Of a DNA stretch of 64,000 nt, positions 62,660 to 64,000 are shown in pieces; position 1 is the first letter of the stretch; each line of letters starts with the position of its first letter. Where the stretch lies: contig CM059432.1 in the NCBI GenBank assembly GCA_030390025.1, positions 11,036,001 through 11,100,000 of the forward strand. The letters are read 5' to 3'. The translations under genes were made by a program, and so were the position numbers. This DNA is from Squalus acanthias. Lineage: Eukaryota. The notes below the pieces were generated by a model. That model saw nothing but the letters and a program-made list of their open reading frames with translations, was not told the origin of the DNA and did not search any database.

Positions 62660-62990
62660 ATTTGATTTTTAAAAAATATTTTACTTTTTTTCAATCCAAT
62701 CTTTCCCTTTTTATTTCACTTTCTGTACCTGATTTTGACATTGAATTCATTATTCTAACTTACACTTCCTGGTTCAGACTCTGTGCTGTTCAATTCACAA
62801 TACTTCAATCTGATTGGTTAAGGAGATAGTTAGTTGCTTGTCTGTTCATGCAGACCACAGATGCCCTGTAGAGGGCACCGTGCTGTTTCGATCTCCCATT
62901 TGCAGCAACTTCCAGTGCAGAGTCTCATGGAAGTTAACTGGGCGAGCAAGTCTAATGAATGGCGGGTGCTGTTTGCCCACTATATGTTAA
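62660..62990 (-). mobile_element. Fragment related to MITE family A
   Basis: Reverse complement contains aaccaatcagattgaag...cagagtctgaaccaggaag, as at 1460-1513 and 22371-22423. Confidence 0.6.
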
Positions 62991-64000
62991 TTGTTAGTGA
63001 GTTTAAGGCTTTAACTACATGCTACTTAGAAGAGACCTCCAGTGAAACATATGTGTACATGTTTCTCATAACAGAAAATCAGGATTAGATGATAAAATAC
63101 TCTTATCTGTTTACCATATCTAAACTAAGTTGCTTGTGCGGTATAAGATTTTTAGTGGTTGCACAGGTAAGTAAATGCTCTTTGCGTAGTGGCCACAAAG
63201 TGGAGCTGTGGTTATCTAAAGTGGGGAAAAAAAACTCTTGTGATTTACCGTTTGCAGTACTCCTAACAATAGATTTGACTTGTTAGGCCCCGATCTCTTC
63301 CCTTTTAATTGCTCAGGTGCCAGAGTGCACAGAAACCAGATCTTCCTTCCACCTTCTCCCCTTCGCAGAAGCGCAAAATAAATCAGTGATATTTGAGCAT
63401 TTTCATTAGTTGAGAATATTTTCAGGATGTTGCCCACCTGCGCTCAATGCGACAATTATTTGAAGGCATTGTCAGATACGACAGCATTTGCTATTTTTTT
63501 TTCCTGTGGAGTGTAACGAGAGATCCTAACACCCTGTGTACGTTCTGAAAGCGGTTGTCGTTCGATATATCACAATGATGTGAAGAAAAAAAATCAGCGG
63601 TCACTGAATAGCCTCCTGAGCCAGATTAAGTGTAATGTTCACGGAGGCCTGGGAAGCCAGTTACCTGCCTGCTTGCCTTATTCATGACATTGGAAGATAC
63701 AAGAGTGGCAGAAAATAAAATAGCTTTAAAGACTATTTTCTGTCACGTCTTTGCTCCTCTTCTTCACCAACCCCCCCGCCCCCCCACCCCATATCACATC
63801 CCCATCTTTTGTAACCATGTTGAGCTTAGAAATAACGCCACAGCTTTGATATCAGTCCTTGACCAAGCCCCCAGATGCTGCATTTGACCAATGAATAACT
63901 AGTCTGCTCCTCAAGCTATTTTCTTATCCTTCGCATGATCTTGCTGACACGGGAAACAATCACCTACCTGAAGAATCCCAATTGTAGCCAAGGCTAAATC

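Overview
Eukaryotic, intron-rich vertebrate DNA. The repeat content (HE1/V-SINE, Deu-domain SINEs, abundant CR1, Penelope-like pieces) points to a cartilaginous fish, most likely a shark; this is an inference. The backbone is the 3' part of CEP192 on the + strand: 19 coding exons from 2839 to the TAA stop at 60766-60768. They join in consistent phase into 2577 nt (858 aa plus stop), use one GC-AG intron, and are followed by AATAAA signals. The introns are filled with mobile DNA. (1) A near-full-length antisense CR1 LINE with a 76-bp tandem-repeat 5' end, hosting a second CR1 and a Penelope-like GIY-YIG element. (2) A second LINE family with nested inserts. (3) An internally deleted Ty1/Copia (GalEa-like) LTR element with TSD, PBS and PPT. 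(4) Several Harbinger-like MITEs with 3-bp TSDs. (5) Several Penelope-like termini carrying minimal hammerhead-ribozyme motifs. There is also an unexplained ~155-bp inverted repeat. Most ORFs in the supplied track are TE fragments or noise. All homology calls come from recalled family motifs, not from database searches.
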